64,000 bases of DNA from the NCBI GenBank assembly GCA_000165345.1, contig CM000429.1:160001-224000 (forward strand), in the 5' to 3' direction. Shown piece after piece: positions 33,201 through 40,260 of the stretch (position 1 is the first letter of the stretch; each line of letters starts with the position of its first letter). Below the pieces are notes generated by a model. It did no database searches. It saw only the letters and a program-made list of their open reading frames with translations, and was not told the DNA's origin. Position numbers and translations under genes: made by a program.

Positions 33201-36200
33201 AATAAGCATAGTAATAGTAATGCAAATCAAGGGAAAGGAGGAGGTAAACTTCAGACAAGTACTTTTTCTGATTCAAATTTTCCAAAATTATTAGAATCAT
33301 CATTAAGATTTGGTTCATCATTATTAATTCAAGATGTAGGATCATCATTAGATCCTTTAATATATAATGTATTAAATCAAGAAATTCATTTACATGGAGG
33401 AAGATCATTAATAACAGTAGGAGATAGTGAGGTTGATTTTTCTCCTCATTTTAGAGTTTATTTAACAACTCAAGATCCAACAATCCAATATGGTCCAGAT
33501 CTAACAAGTAGGGTAACGATGGTAAATTTTACTGTAACACCAACATCACTTTTAGAACAGAGTAGAAATATTATTTTGAAAGAATTACGTCCAGATATTG
33601 ATAAGAAAAGAACAGATTTACTTAGATTACATGGTGAATATCGTGTACAATTAAGAGAATGTGAAGATAATTTGTTATTAGCTTTATCAAATGTGAAGGG
33701 TAATATTTTAGAAGATGAGACAATTATTAATACATTAGAAGTACTTAAAAAGAAAGCTCAAGATATACAAATAGAGACAGCAAAAATGGAGAATACTATG
33801 GAACATATAGATCAAGTACTTACTCATTTACTTCCATTATCATTAACAGCAACAAGAATTTACTTTACTTTACAACATTTATCATCAATTAGTCCAATAT
33901 ATCAATATGATCTTGAATTTTTTAATAGAATACTATATGGAGTATTAGAAAGAAATAAATCAAAGATTAATTCAAATTCAAGTGATAATGGAGGAGATCA
34001 TGAAGGAGATAATGGAGAAGAAAGTAGTAATAATAATATAGAATTTGATCACAAGATACAAAAGATTATAATCTTAGATCTATTGCATGAAGCATATTTA
34101 AGAGTTGCTCAAGGTTTATTACATAATGATAGAATAGTATTTGGATTACATTTGATGAGAATTTATATTGAATCATATTGTAATCTTTCTTTAGATAATT
34201 TAATGGGAAAAGAAATTGATCTTTTAACAAAATCAGCATCAGCAATCAATATATCAAGTTCAAGATCTTCTTCTTCAAATAACAATATATTGGATTCTAT
34301 ACCAAAATCTTTTGGATTAGATCGAGAACAAATGAATCAACTTTCTGTAATGATTTCATCAATTAAATCGTTTTCTAAACTTTGTGAATCATTTAATTCA
34401 AATAAAAATGAATGGGAGCAATTAATGATTTCAACAGAACCTGAAGTAATATTAGATACCTTAGGTACCGGTATATGGGATGATCAGGAATTATTAGATT
34501 CAATATTCAATAATGATGATAATAATAATAATCAGATGAATTCTGAAGAATTTAATGAGAAGAGAGAAATATTAAAGAACTTTAAAAAAGGTGTATTAAA
34601 ATGTTTATTATTAAAGATTATTCGTCCTGATCGTATTGTTACTTTATTTAACAAGTTAATATCAGATACATTAGGATCTGAATTTTCTAATATCAGTGAA
34701 TTTTCTAAGGATTTACTTAAAGAGATTGTTTTGAAGCAAATAACTGAAATAACACCAATATTATTTGTAACTTCACCAGGTTTTGATGCTTCTTTGGTGG
34801 TTTCTCAATTAGCAAATGAACAGAATTCGAATTTACTTTCTATTGCAATAGGATCAGCAGAAAGTTTAGAAAAAGCTGAATCATCAATTAAGACAGCAAT
34901 GAGAAAAGGTACATGGGTTATGTTAAAAAATGTTCATTTATCTTCAGGTAATTTGGATTATTTGGAACAATTACTTCAAAATCGTCAAAATAGACCAAAT
35001 AAAGGATTTAGATTATTTTTAGCAACAGAATTACCAAAAAAGATTTTGAATCCAAGTCATAAAGATTCAGTTATTGGTGCATCATTTAATACATCAGATT
35101 CTTCATCAGGTTCATTATCACCACTTGGTATATCATTTAATTTAATTCGTATTTCAATGACAATAGTACTTGAATCTCCTGTTGGACTTAAAGCAGCATT
35201 ACAAAGAGCAAGTGAGATTACTATTAAGACTGTGGATGATTCTCAATCTTCTTCAACAATAAGAATAAAATTATACTTTTTATTAGCATTTTTACATTCA
35301 GTAATATTAGAAAGAAAAAGATATACACCATTAGGATGGACAAAGTTTTATGATTTTAGTGAAGCAGATCTTCAATGTTGTATTAATATAGTAAATCAAT
35401 GGACAATAACAAATATATCAGGAGATCCTGAACAGATTCCATGGGAAGCAGTACGTAAATTAGTATCACAAGTAGCATATGGAGGAAGATTGGATAATAT
35501 TGTAGATAAACAGATTTTATATATATTAATAGATGAGATTTTATCATCAAAATCATTTGAAGATGGATCAGAATTAATAAGTTGTACAAGTGAATGGAAT
35601 AAATTATATAGAAATGATCAAATAAAGCCAAATATTTTATTAGCTCCAGATACATCTAAAAAAGTTCAGAATTATTTGGATTGGGTAGAAAAATTATCAA
35701 GTACAAATTGGCCAACTTGGCTTGGGTTATCTCCTTTAGCAGAGAATGTGATTTCAGCACAAAAAGGACAAAAGATGAGTTTAAATTGGAGTGTATTAAT
35801 AATTAGATCAAGAAATGAAACACCAGATTTGATCCCAAAAGATAAAGGTAATATGATTACAAATATAGAAGAAAATGAAGAATTAATGGGAGATGGAGGA
35901 TTATCAGGAGGAGGAAATAATAAGATAGAACAAGAAGAGGCATTAAAATCAGATACAACAGGAATACCAAGTTGGTTATTAAAGATTAGTGGAAAATTAA
36001 CAAAAATGGAGAATAGCTTAAGAATATTTTCAGAATATATAATAAAGAATTCAAGAAATATTATAGAATATTCAGAGAATAATAGTTTGGATCCAATATT
36101 AAGATATTATGTTTCAGAGATTTCGAAATTCTATAGAGGATTTAAAAATATTTGGGAAAACATTCATGAATTATTAAATATTCTTGGAGGTGAATCAAAA

Positions 36201-36974
36201 CTAACAAATAATTTAAGAAGTATAGGATTAAGTATACAATCAGATTTAGTACCAGATTTATGGCTAAAATTATTACCAATATTACTTTATTCATTAGATA
36301 TTTGGCTTTCAGATTTGATTCGAAAACTTTCACAGAATTGTTTATTAATTTCAAGTATATGTAAGAAATTGGATATAAAAGTAATAGAAGGAGGAGAAGA
36401 TTCAAGTAAGATGGATATTTTCTTATCAAATGTATTAATATCATCACCAGGAATAAAGAAGATTGGATTAAAAACAATTTGGGTAGGAGGAGTATGTGAT
36501 CCAGGAGCTTTCTTTACAGCAAGTAAACAATATGCAGCAAAGAGATTTGGATGTAGTTATAATGATATAGTTCCAAGAATAATATCAATAGGAGAAATGG
36601 TGGAAAATGAGAATGAAGATGGAGATGAGGCAAAATTTGTATTAGGAGGATTAACAGCAGTAGCTTTAGAATGGAAACAAGAATCAAAATTATTTGAATT
36701 AAGTACAGAAAAGGCAGTATCTGAAGTTCCTCCCATATTAGTAGAATGGATAAAGGGAGATTTAGATATGATTACAAATCATAATATTTCTGACAACAAT
36801 TATGAATTGAATATAATTCCTCAAAATTCTTTGGATAATTCGATTGCAATTCCAATATTTAAAGATTCAAACAGATCGCAAATATTGATGTGGATAAATG
36901 TTCCAGCAAAAGCAAATGAGAACATTAAACAATGGAGACTTGCTTCAACTTCATTAATTTTATGGAAGGGATAA
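21234..36974 (+). CDS. Cytoplasmic dynein 1 heavy chain, a single exon of about 5,247 aa.
   Basis: The ORF-track start at 21201 is a GTG; the first ATG is at 21234 (MSQRAKTS...). Four AAA P-loops are present: GPAGTGKTET (AAA1), GSTGTGKTT (AAA2), GPPGSGKTMT (AAA3) and GPPGCGKTLL (AAA4). The linker (SITQWIREIQ), the coiled-coil stalk and the C-terminal AAA5/6 region are all recognisable. Asn-rich insertions (NNNNNNNNN) occur in the tail and motor domains. Confidence 0.93.
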   Translation: MSQRAKTSLINFLLEVVPSALDCSRQQLTSLLTGKGDEQLKRFLRETDVHCLIVGKEKVMESNVGRETNSEGLNLNDTISGENRLDYNEEVVQHQVFIETFMTSRCLKASLMVFVKNPGFQVSEDGIITTSVDRGAETSESAGTDSPEDHTKTTGVVSHSKSLSSSLQCIQLGFVGSQLTPYEVLNQYLQFAFTPLLDALGNAKTTSGTIGGEIGDSVDSTESGSHLGLENIQRKVNELCLALQQGQDDSMIPMVKLNLDPKVAEYAKEYKNTGKINNMDEIIEDSTFLSSLQVSITQWIREIQSLARFQRDIGLSVTSEVKFWSSYERSLQQILKQVQSPEVEWSLSVLRQSKKFLAAISLEVDTGLKQSIEKVQNINTLIHDIPINDLLVATSIDEITSAVTLFFQQLRKIKGAASYPISRTFQLVEVYSNDMTKQMYKVLQNNPTTSLMLLEFPVFEHLVNGCNELGQVWEDEWRELKDVIRDLIKKRGLSERAHPKMDFAHVPLIQRLNDIVIFRKQHQKLKDTLLELLSIQTSASSNEQTDQNPLSALGIEQNSGIDALQSLAKKDLQQAYACVANINILDLSAIGLEAWEAGKQAYNNKVDASETLLIKQLREQLSGCGNTLEMFRILGRYNPLFFRPRIRSAVEEYQSILLEKVQSDFQLLQLRYQNPYQRSAASQFSCLRDIPNIGGMLVWSHLLQERIQSIYFKLEDIFGPNWEFESQGHKVKTDGDHITSKIHPNQIVDFWLQQRKDDKLTYDLNKPVLGLMKSGNLSTTSFILASTIDSGILSLFKDLRIIQSYAYRVPYSVKVLADELKLLYPYISHLNSLCINWMRIATQLEVEPGKRISPLLTPFRQEVYNIIQEGISLSWSSDRLEGFIRRFYDSVDTLEQKFEAVMTLDEQLSVLVSQIRNIQVSKGLGELVSHLSKIGSKCQEFQSLLLAYRIDYLFYWDQVIQSFLLPKLKEFVQLWINQFISIGGVDHEVFSQDHPILSPNNSNNNNNNNNDNPNHTILGSLSSTIITLQLKNQKITLNPSLEDVKSLWLRRFHQEITKITNLPRVTNISSIPQTSPFYNDISKAKEELATLISGKNEQIDENPVNYVNSDDIGSVKHIPLDHTYRHLFLFLPKSLLEWSYKSIDDVFSSIKVSIDYWTRFEALWFVELSSVTGKLNNLLQWQQLVKEMRNLRTTFSSNEDLRWFCSKIALDTSAIQAKIMSKYDGLAREILHLYASKLNEQLSSYWTSISTIKQTLDKLEPFLAQWLIWIDKNSSSISTLVLKSENIPTKGSVMTNLPPGGEALHSSLIDLVSKMVSAQDQDQKIGSDLPLFSDGQKFLEVQRFTFPNDWIWVEQFEGEYDKSHQRLEHCFANVIFPSRRKIENYLKLCLQLIFMSYQELLSEWTRLRGITFVKNPFLMLDQIGVIENKVNVLRQDIESFNMIFKAFKFDSSWIDTELNKVTSETFDTILRDLKDFKEIWNQLNVFFVMISEYKRMLWTEVNVKTLKTNLESLISNLKSIPVKYRQYDAFEQLQHDVEGYNKNMGYISRLKAEYMKERHWKLLLSKVIWHEKTSNSGLESSSTEGGAGMGTGAEGIQSTNQEEKSTSNIENDQSQNIQTLTSLTKTGMKNLRSSRSMKFSSMSSSSIFSMSIFSTLTLGDVWSINFDASSAIMSEILAKAQGEHGLESYIQGMKELWNGFEIEFTGLPNNPNTKVIKNWDIMLTAIDDHLSALQNMSLSPFYEIFQEESQLWTEKLTKLRFTLDLWMETQRRWIYLQGIFLASTDIANLLPQEYKRFQTVDAEVQGLLKKSQSRPKVIDLLTFEGLTKSLERISDYLNKIQKALGEYLEKQRSMFPRFYFIGDEDLLEMIGNGKDITVAQRHFNKIFAGITFLKFQDLMDENIDQNIQGKKNNGNRNNQKDEQIESMIIGMGSKEGEVIHFKDPIPILKDTSLVEWLGKVVQAMQITLNDLIGKAIEDIISNFGMSSFTEDDHILSEKLRSNFEKYPTQVLLVAWMSWWTKLTEESFSSGTSTKQLQEFIQRILSRLSDIVATLEENTCHKIKYNQLIVEFVHERDVLSHLIEQNVTSSQSFHWLQYMRMYWMSKDCQKNLKDLEMIGEFDNDIIVRTANSAFIYGYEYLGIPEKLVQTPLTDRTYLTLTQALHMRLGGNPFGPAGTGKTETVKALGNQLGRFVLVFNCDEQFDFTAMGRIFVGLCQVGAWGCFDEFNRLQARILSAVSEQILTIQTALIKNSNTVELLNKTIPMSQDVGIFVTMNPGYAGRSELPDNLKHLLREIAMVVPDRQRIAEVTLFAQGFQFGEMISRQIVTLFELCQSQMTSQPHYDFGLRSMKSVLRSAGKLKKSAISENKEALDDPQKLVILEQQLIIRSISSTLLPKLVSTDVPLLTTLFQGVFPQVPFESLNDSLMVEQVKLICKRNSLEATSQWLDKTLQLFEIQKLNHGIMLVGSTGTGKTTVRKTLLEAMDTVQGSKTISYVIDPKTIDKESLFGKLNPVTLEWTDGVFTAILRKIINSSDNNNNNNNNDQTGSGGVGGINKKYWIIFDGDVDPEWAENLNSVLDDNKLLTLPNGERLELPPWVRVVFEVHSLATATLATVSRCGMIWFNDEIISDEMYFTSFLFNKIKMGNNTINNVNTGPNSSNTGGGGGGSSKISESATSDQLGEGSDNIGNNTTGMEEFESAEGTGIEQNLETLLRNKAYSIWQSILFKDSFGSKCLSFASKRPHTMVFTRIRVLEAAFSLLNSSIKLLLDSNSTMGNGKLPPMDSLTEFFSRWLIWSLIWGFSSSMNLSDRISYTKEVISIVTFTDLPPMEDENISILDFKVVIPTGEWRKWSLECKETEDLPLNKVLDSNVIIETVDTLRHFQVLHAWLHAHLPAILCGPPGSGKTMTLSSVLRSMTDVDIVSLNFSSATTPEILLKTLEHYCEFIKAPRGWICRPMVPNKWLVVFCDECNLPEPDRYGTQRVIMFIRQLIECKGFWRRESSQWSFVTLERVQFIGACNPPTDTGRHPLSDRFLRHSPILFVDFPGKSSLNQIYSVFNRAILKPFPTLSNHADALTKAMVDIYDASAKTLTVDLQPHYIYSPRELTRWKISIYSGLHSSKGSGSKSGSGPSSQSISTNQEALKRVLDKFGADSNLQLEEENELTLTQLIRLVLYEGERIFQDRLVEQSEKNWSQEMMNEMIIKHFPNLSIEKDLYRPLLFTNIVTSICKEIPRSIVSEYLQDRLTSYYEEQGTSKLVFFDEFLDNINRVDRVLRQPFGHLLLIGPPGCGKTLLADMVSWLNGLNVFTIKPGRKYDIFAFEADLRSVMKRAAIKGEKLTFIFEESHALGPAFIERMNALLASGEVPGLFEGDEYNQLLNECRTAFSNSSSVSISDDGNELFARFTKLVQENLHIVFTLNPANPNFKETQSLSPALFNRCVVNWMGQLNNQALSQIARSFLHLDSQLTKNDQDQVLIQSEETTESSNHNHSSIISAIERIPTNCMPSVEQPEERVALTIDCIISLFHAEVGEDGGIKKTSTCNTNSQEHSMMRRTPRDFFDFLKHIIKIYKEKNETLLEQQQHLSSGLETLRSTEQEVATLQQELGEKEKILIAKNVEAEQKMQQMIKEQGEAEEKKKTTETLAKSLDEQQKVIAERSSEVEIQLKDVEPILREAENAVSNIPKKNLDELRSMANPPGLVKKTIDAVAILLTNNSTKPQAWEESRKLLKSSDFITKVLNFDSNTITLKTMQRLQKEYLESPEWDTEKINRASHAAGPLSSWVSSILQYSLISEKVQPLKTEISQLEKSKLENEKGLEAAQKLVGELQERIDVYKKEYAELISQVQLIKREKDLVTNKVERSIRLLGNLTTEQDRWREAKEGFKTEFSNIMGDCLLSAAFICFAGGLDQILRSHYIKLWQEILDEFQLSHTNANTFKIVDYLSKPNERLLWQSYGLSNDDLSVENAIIIKRHIRYPFIIDPSGYATSFLLEMNKHSNSNANQGKGGGKLQTSTFSDSNFPKLLESSLRFGSSLLIQDVGSSLDPLIYNVLNQEIHLHGGRSLITVGDSEVDFSPHFRVYLTTQDPTIQYGPDLTSRVTMVNFTVTPTSLLEQSRNIILKELRPDIDKKRTDLLRLHGEYRVQLRECEDNLLLALSNVKGNILEDETIINTLEVLKKKAQDIQIETAKMENTMEHIDQVLTHLLPLSLTATRIYFTLQHLSSISPIYQYDLEFFNRILYGVLERNKSKINSNSSDNGGDHEGDNGEESSNNNIEFDHKIQKIIILDLLHEAYLRVAQGLLHNDRIVFGLHLMRIYIESYCNLSLDNLMGKEIDLLTKSASAINISSSRSSSSNNNILDSIPKSFGLDREQMNQLSVMISSIKSFSKLCESFNSNKNEWEQLMISTEPEVILDTLGTGIWDDQELLDSIFNNDDNNNNQMNSEEFNEKREILKNFKKGVLKCLLLKIIRPDRIVTLFNKLISDTLGSEFSNISEFSKDLLKEIVLKQITEITPILFVTSPGFDASLVVSQLANEQNSNLLSIAIGSAESLEKAESSIKTAMRKGTWVMLKNVHLSSGNLDYLEQLLQNRQNRPNKGFRLFLATELPKKILNPSHKDSVIGASFNTSDSSSGSLSPLGISFNLIRISMTIVLESPVGLKAALQRASEITIKTVDDSQSSSTIRIKLYFLLAFLHSVILERKRYTPLGWTKFYDFSEADLQCCINIVNQWTITNISGDPEQIPWEAVRKLVSQVAYGGRLDNIVDKQILYILIDEILSSKSFEDGSELISCTSEWNKLYRNDQIKPNILLAPDTSKKVQNYLDWVEKLSSTNWPTWLGLSPLAENVISAQKGQKMSLNWSVLIIRSRNETPDLIPKDKGNMITNIEENEELMGDGGLSGGGNNKIEQEEALKSDTTGIPSWLLKISGKLTKMENSLRIFSEYIIKNSRNIIEYSENNSLDPILRYYVSEISKFYRGFKNIWENIHELLNILGGESKLTNNLRSIGLSIQSDLVPDLWLKLLPILLYSLDIWLSDLIRKLSQNCLLISSICKKLDIKVIEGGEDSSKMDIFLSNVLISSPGIKKIGLKTIWVGGVCDPGAFFTASKQYAAKRFGCSYNDIVPRIISIGEMVENENEDGDEAKFVLGGLTAVALEWKQESKLFELSTEKAVSEVPPILVEWIKGDLDMITNHNISDNNYELNIIPQNSLDNSIAIPIFKDSNRSQILMWINVPAKANENIKQWRLASTSLILWKG
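24229..24275 (+). repeat. (AAT/AAC)n coding microsatellite giving a poly-Asn run in the dynein tail. A second one lies at 28838-28863, and an (ACA)n poly-Thr microsatellite lies at 49679-49706 in the PDI-like gene.
   Basis: Visible trinucleotide runs that translate to NNNNNNNNN and TTTTTTTTT. Confidence 0.7.
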
Positions 36975-37212
36975 AAGTTTGGAAATGGGTGGAATTTGCG
37001 TCAAGTGCATGCACGAGACGGCGCGCGGTGGTCTGCATGCATGCCGGTAAAAATGGGTACCGTAGGTAATAATAATTGTTGATAAGAGAGAAGAAAGGAA
37101 ATAAGAGGTGGAGAATTGTTGTAAATGTTATTATTTTAAATATAAGAATAAAATACTTACATTTTAATTTTAATCTACTTATGTATTATTTGTATGATTG
37201 ATTGATAATTGA

Positions 37213-39552
37213 CTATTGATAGAAATAGTTCCAAAAACTGTTAGATTCTTCACCTTCGAACTCAAAGTAAATAGAACTGATTTCTTTTATACTCAATTTT
37301 GAATTGTTTCTAATTAGTAGAATTAAAAGTTGGGTAATATCTAACTCGAAATGATGATTATTAATTTGTTCATTGAGGTTAGTTTTCTCATAATCCTTTA
37401 AACTTTGATTTTCAGCAGTACTTAATATTAATGAAGATACATCTGCATGGTTATGACTATCATTTCCTTGAAAATGTTCGGAAAGAATTTGTTTGGCTTG
37501 ATTAAAGTACGTAGTCTTAGATCCAATCCAAAGATAAACCATAATGTTTTTAATAGGATTTTTTTCTAAGGGTGAAAGTGGGAGATTGGTTTGTTCTTTG
37601 TCTTTTTCTTTTTCTTTATCTTTTCTCTGTTCTTCTTGTTTCTTTTTCTGTTCTTCTTTTTCTTTATTTTTTTGTTCATCTGAAGTGATTTCTCCAATGA
37701 TAATGAGAGGACAGACTGAGGTAGGAAGAAGATCCTCAGAATCAAAAAAGCGAAGAGACTCTGATCCAAAATAATCTGGAAATCTAAATAATAAAACTTT
37801 CATTCTTCCACTATCTAAAGTACTGTGGCAATCCTCATTCATAGAAAGATTTTCTTGAGATATAGAACTTCTTTTTGAGTAGCTGCTATTATTAAAACAG
37901 AAAACCTCTTCCTGGAAAAAATGTATTGAATGTTGCTTCTTTACAGGAGCAGAATCTTCTTTAGTAGAAAATGAATGAACTTTTAAGTCTTTCATTTCTG
38001 ACTCTTGTGACTGAGAATGATCTTCCAAAGATTTATCTCCACCTTTGAAAGCAAAATTCAACTTTGGTATCACAACTTTACCAAAAGTCAAAGGACAACT
38101 TTCAATTTCTCTACTTTCCTTTTCCAGAAGATTATCTCTTGAGTAGATAATTCTCCGAGAATCTAATGAAAAATGATGTTGGTTGATTCGTCCCATTTCT
38201 TTAATAGATTCTGTATCAGAGCTTTTGAAATTATCAGGTGAATTTTTTGAAGGAATTGGAGATCCATTTGAAGACGGAAAAGAAGAAAAGTATGGCAAAG
38301 ACTCGTCCAAAGATATTAAAGATGATAACTCTGAGCTTGATTGAGAATCTGAACTCAATCTATCTATTTGGTTGTAATTTCTTTCATTATTATCAACCCC
38401 AACATCTTCGGCCTCATCTTCGACATCATTCTCATAATCCAAAATAATGGCATTTTTGGAAATACTTTTTATCGATGGAGAGGAAAATGACCTTTGTATT
38501 ACGTCATAGGAATTACATAAATGCAAATCTGTTGGCGCCAGAATTTGCATGAATTCCCCGCTCTCTGAGAATTCGTGAAAGTATTCGAGAATAATGGTGG
38601 AAGAAAGGATATTTGTAATACATTCAGAGGCTGAATTTCGGTCATCTGCAAGAGCTCCAATTATCAAGTCTGCTCTGATTTCTAAGTTTTCCAGCTCTAA
38701 AGATGAGTCATATCCTATTTCGATTTTGAGAATTTGTCTGCAAAACCTCAAAACCGCTAGAATTGACTCCCTAACGCCCTCATTAACTTGGCTTCCAATC
38801 CAAATCCAAAGTTTCTCACGACGAATAGAGTCTGCTTCCTCTAGAAGACTTTGTCTTAATAGATAGATTTTATTTGAATTTAGACTAAATTTATTACTTC
38901 CGTCCCCTTTCCAATGAATTAACGAAACTGGAATGCCATGTTTAGATATATAGTAAATCTTTGAAGAAGTAATCCAATGTTTCTTTCCAAGATGGTCTAT
39001 TGAAGGAAGCTCAGCTTTTTCTCCCCCTCCTTCTTCTTTTTCATCCCTAGTTGGAATCCCAAATTTTACCAAACTCAGAGCTTTCTGAAATAATAATAGC
39101 TGATAAGTAAACCCAATATTTGGACTTGAAGTGCCCCTTCTTTCTCTTACATATTCTGAAGCATCATTAAAGCTTTTATTATATTTCCACATTAAATAAC
39201 CGATTACTATACTAGAGGATCTAGAAACACCCTCTTGACAATGTACATATATCCTGTTTTCATTGCTTTCCTTGAATTTTGCATCAATCCATTCAATACT
39301 ATCATAAAGCACTCCTTCAATGCTTTCTTGAGGAGTATCCAAAACATAATAAGTCCTGTACTCTAGCTTATTTTGAAACACATTCTTGCAAACATCTCCT
39401 GAAACATTAATTATATGCGTTATCTTGTTTTTTTCCAACTTATTCCAATCACAAGCTACCTGATATCCTCCGAGATACAGTCTACCTTCAATTATCTCAC
39501 TACAAACTGTTCTATACCTTTTAATTATATTCAAACGTTCATTCGTTAGCAT
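37213..39552 (-). CDS. Dual-specificity protein phosphatase with a long low-complexity C-terminal extension (about 780 aa).
   Basis: The ORF-track start at 39570 is a TTG; the first ATG is at 39552..39550 (MLTNERLNIIKRY...). The DUSP catalytic signature VHCQEGVSRSSSIVIGYLM (HCxxGxxRS) lies in the N-terminal domain. The C-terminal half is K/E-rich low complexity. The internal ORFs 37544..37774, 37566..37769, 38238..38447 and 38594..38866 are artefacts. Confidence 0.8.
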   Translation of the reverse strand: MLTNERLNIIKRYRTVCSEIIEGRLYLGGYQVACDWNKLEKNKITHIINVSGDVCKNVFQNKLEYRTYYVLDTPQESIEGVLYDSIEWIDAKFKESNENRIYVHCQEGVSRSSSIVIGYLMWKYNKSFNDASEYVRERRGTSSPNIGFTYQLLLFQKALSLVKFGIPTRDEKEEGGGEKAELPSIDHLGKKHWITSSKIYYISKHGIPVSLIHWKGDGSNKFSLNSNKIYLLRQSLLEEADSIRREKLWIWIGSQVNEGVRESILAVLRFCRQILKIEIGYDSSLELENLEIRADLIIGALADDRNSASECITNILSSTIILEYFHEFSESGEFMQILAPTDLHLCNSYDVIQRSFSSPSIKSISKNAIILDYENDVEDEAEDVGVDNNERNYNQIDRLSSDSQSSSELSSLISLDESLPYFSSFPSSNGSPIPSKNSPDNFKSSDTESIKEMGRINQHHFSLDSRRIIYSRDNLLEKESREIESCPLTFGKVVIPKLNFAFKGGDKSLEDHSQSQESEMKDLKVHSFSTKEDSAPVKKQHSIHFFQEEVFCFNNSSYSKRSSISQENLSMNEDCHSTLDSGRMKVLLFRFPDYFGSESLRFFDSEDLLPTSVCPLIIIGEITSDEQKNKEKEEQKKKQEEQRKDKEKEKDKEQTNLPLSPLEKNPIKNIMVYLWIGSKTTYFNQAKQILSEHFQGNDSHNHADVSSLILSTAENQSLKDYEKTNLNEQINNHHFELDITQLLILLIRNNSKLSIKEISSIYFEFEGEESNSFWNYFYQ

Positions 39553-40002
39553 ATTAACTTTTTCCCCCAAAAATCCAGAATACTTATTATACTAATTATC
39601 AACTTATCTGTGTTTTCTATTCCCAAAATCTCCTCCCCCCTATTCTCTTCCCTTATTTTCATCAAGCTCTCTTCTGAAAGCGATTTAAAAGAATCCTTTT
39701 TTCAAAAATAAAAATACCAAAAATAAACCCAAAAACTATATCAGATATTTTGTATTCGTTAAGTCTTATCAAGCCTTAATTATTTAATTGTTCGTTTCCC
39801 CCTCCCCTCCTTTTCCTTGGGCTTTTCCCTTGGAAGAAGAAAAAAATCTTTTAGCCAAAATAATACCTCGGAAACAATCTTCTTATTGCCACTAGATCTA
39901 TTATCTTTATCTATAATTTTGTGAAATTTCTCTCTTTTCCTTCCCTTAACCTATTATTTTCCACTTTTTTATCCAAAAAATTATCAAATCCTATTTTTCT
40001 AT

Positions 40003-40092
40003 TTTGGCGGGAAAGCATGCTTACAATTTTACGAGACTGCTTTCTATATGTGAGAAATAAGTTTTCATGTTTTTTTTAGTTTTGGCGGGAAG
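40003..40092 (+). promoter_or_regulatory. Two E2F-like boxes, TTTTGGCGGGAAAGCATGC at 40003-40020 and TTTGGCGGGAAG at 40081-40092, in the divergent promoter between the DUSP gene and the 40261 gene.
   Basis: The first box abuts a GCATGC motif. The nearby CT-rich tracts at 39621-39660 and 39795-39835 are listed separately as polypyrimidine tracts. Confidence 0.55.
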
Positions 40093-40260
40093 TTGGTTCA
40101 GAGCTAGAAAATAATTAAAAGTAATTGTGGGAAAACAAGAGAAAGTCTATGTATATTGAAGACTAAGTTATGGAAAGCAAAGGTGAACTTTTTTCTTTTT
40201 TTTGATGTCTCACTGTAATTTTTTATTGATTGATTTTGAATCCTAAGAAACCTGGAAATA

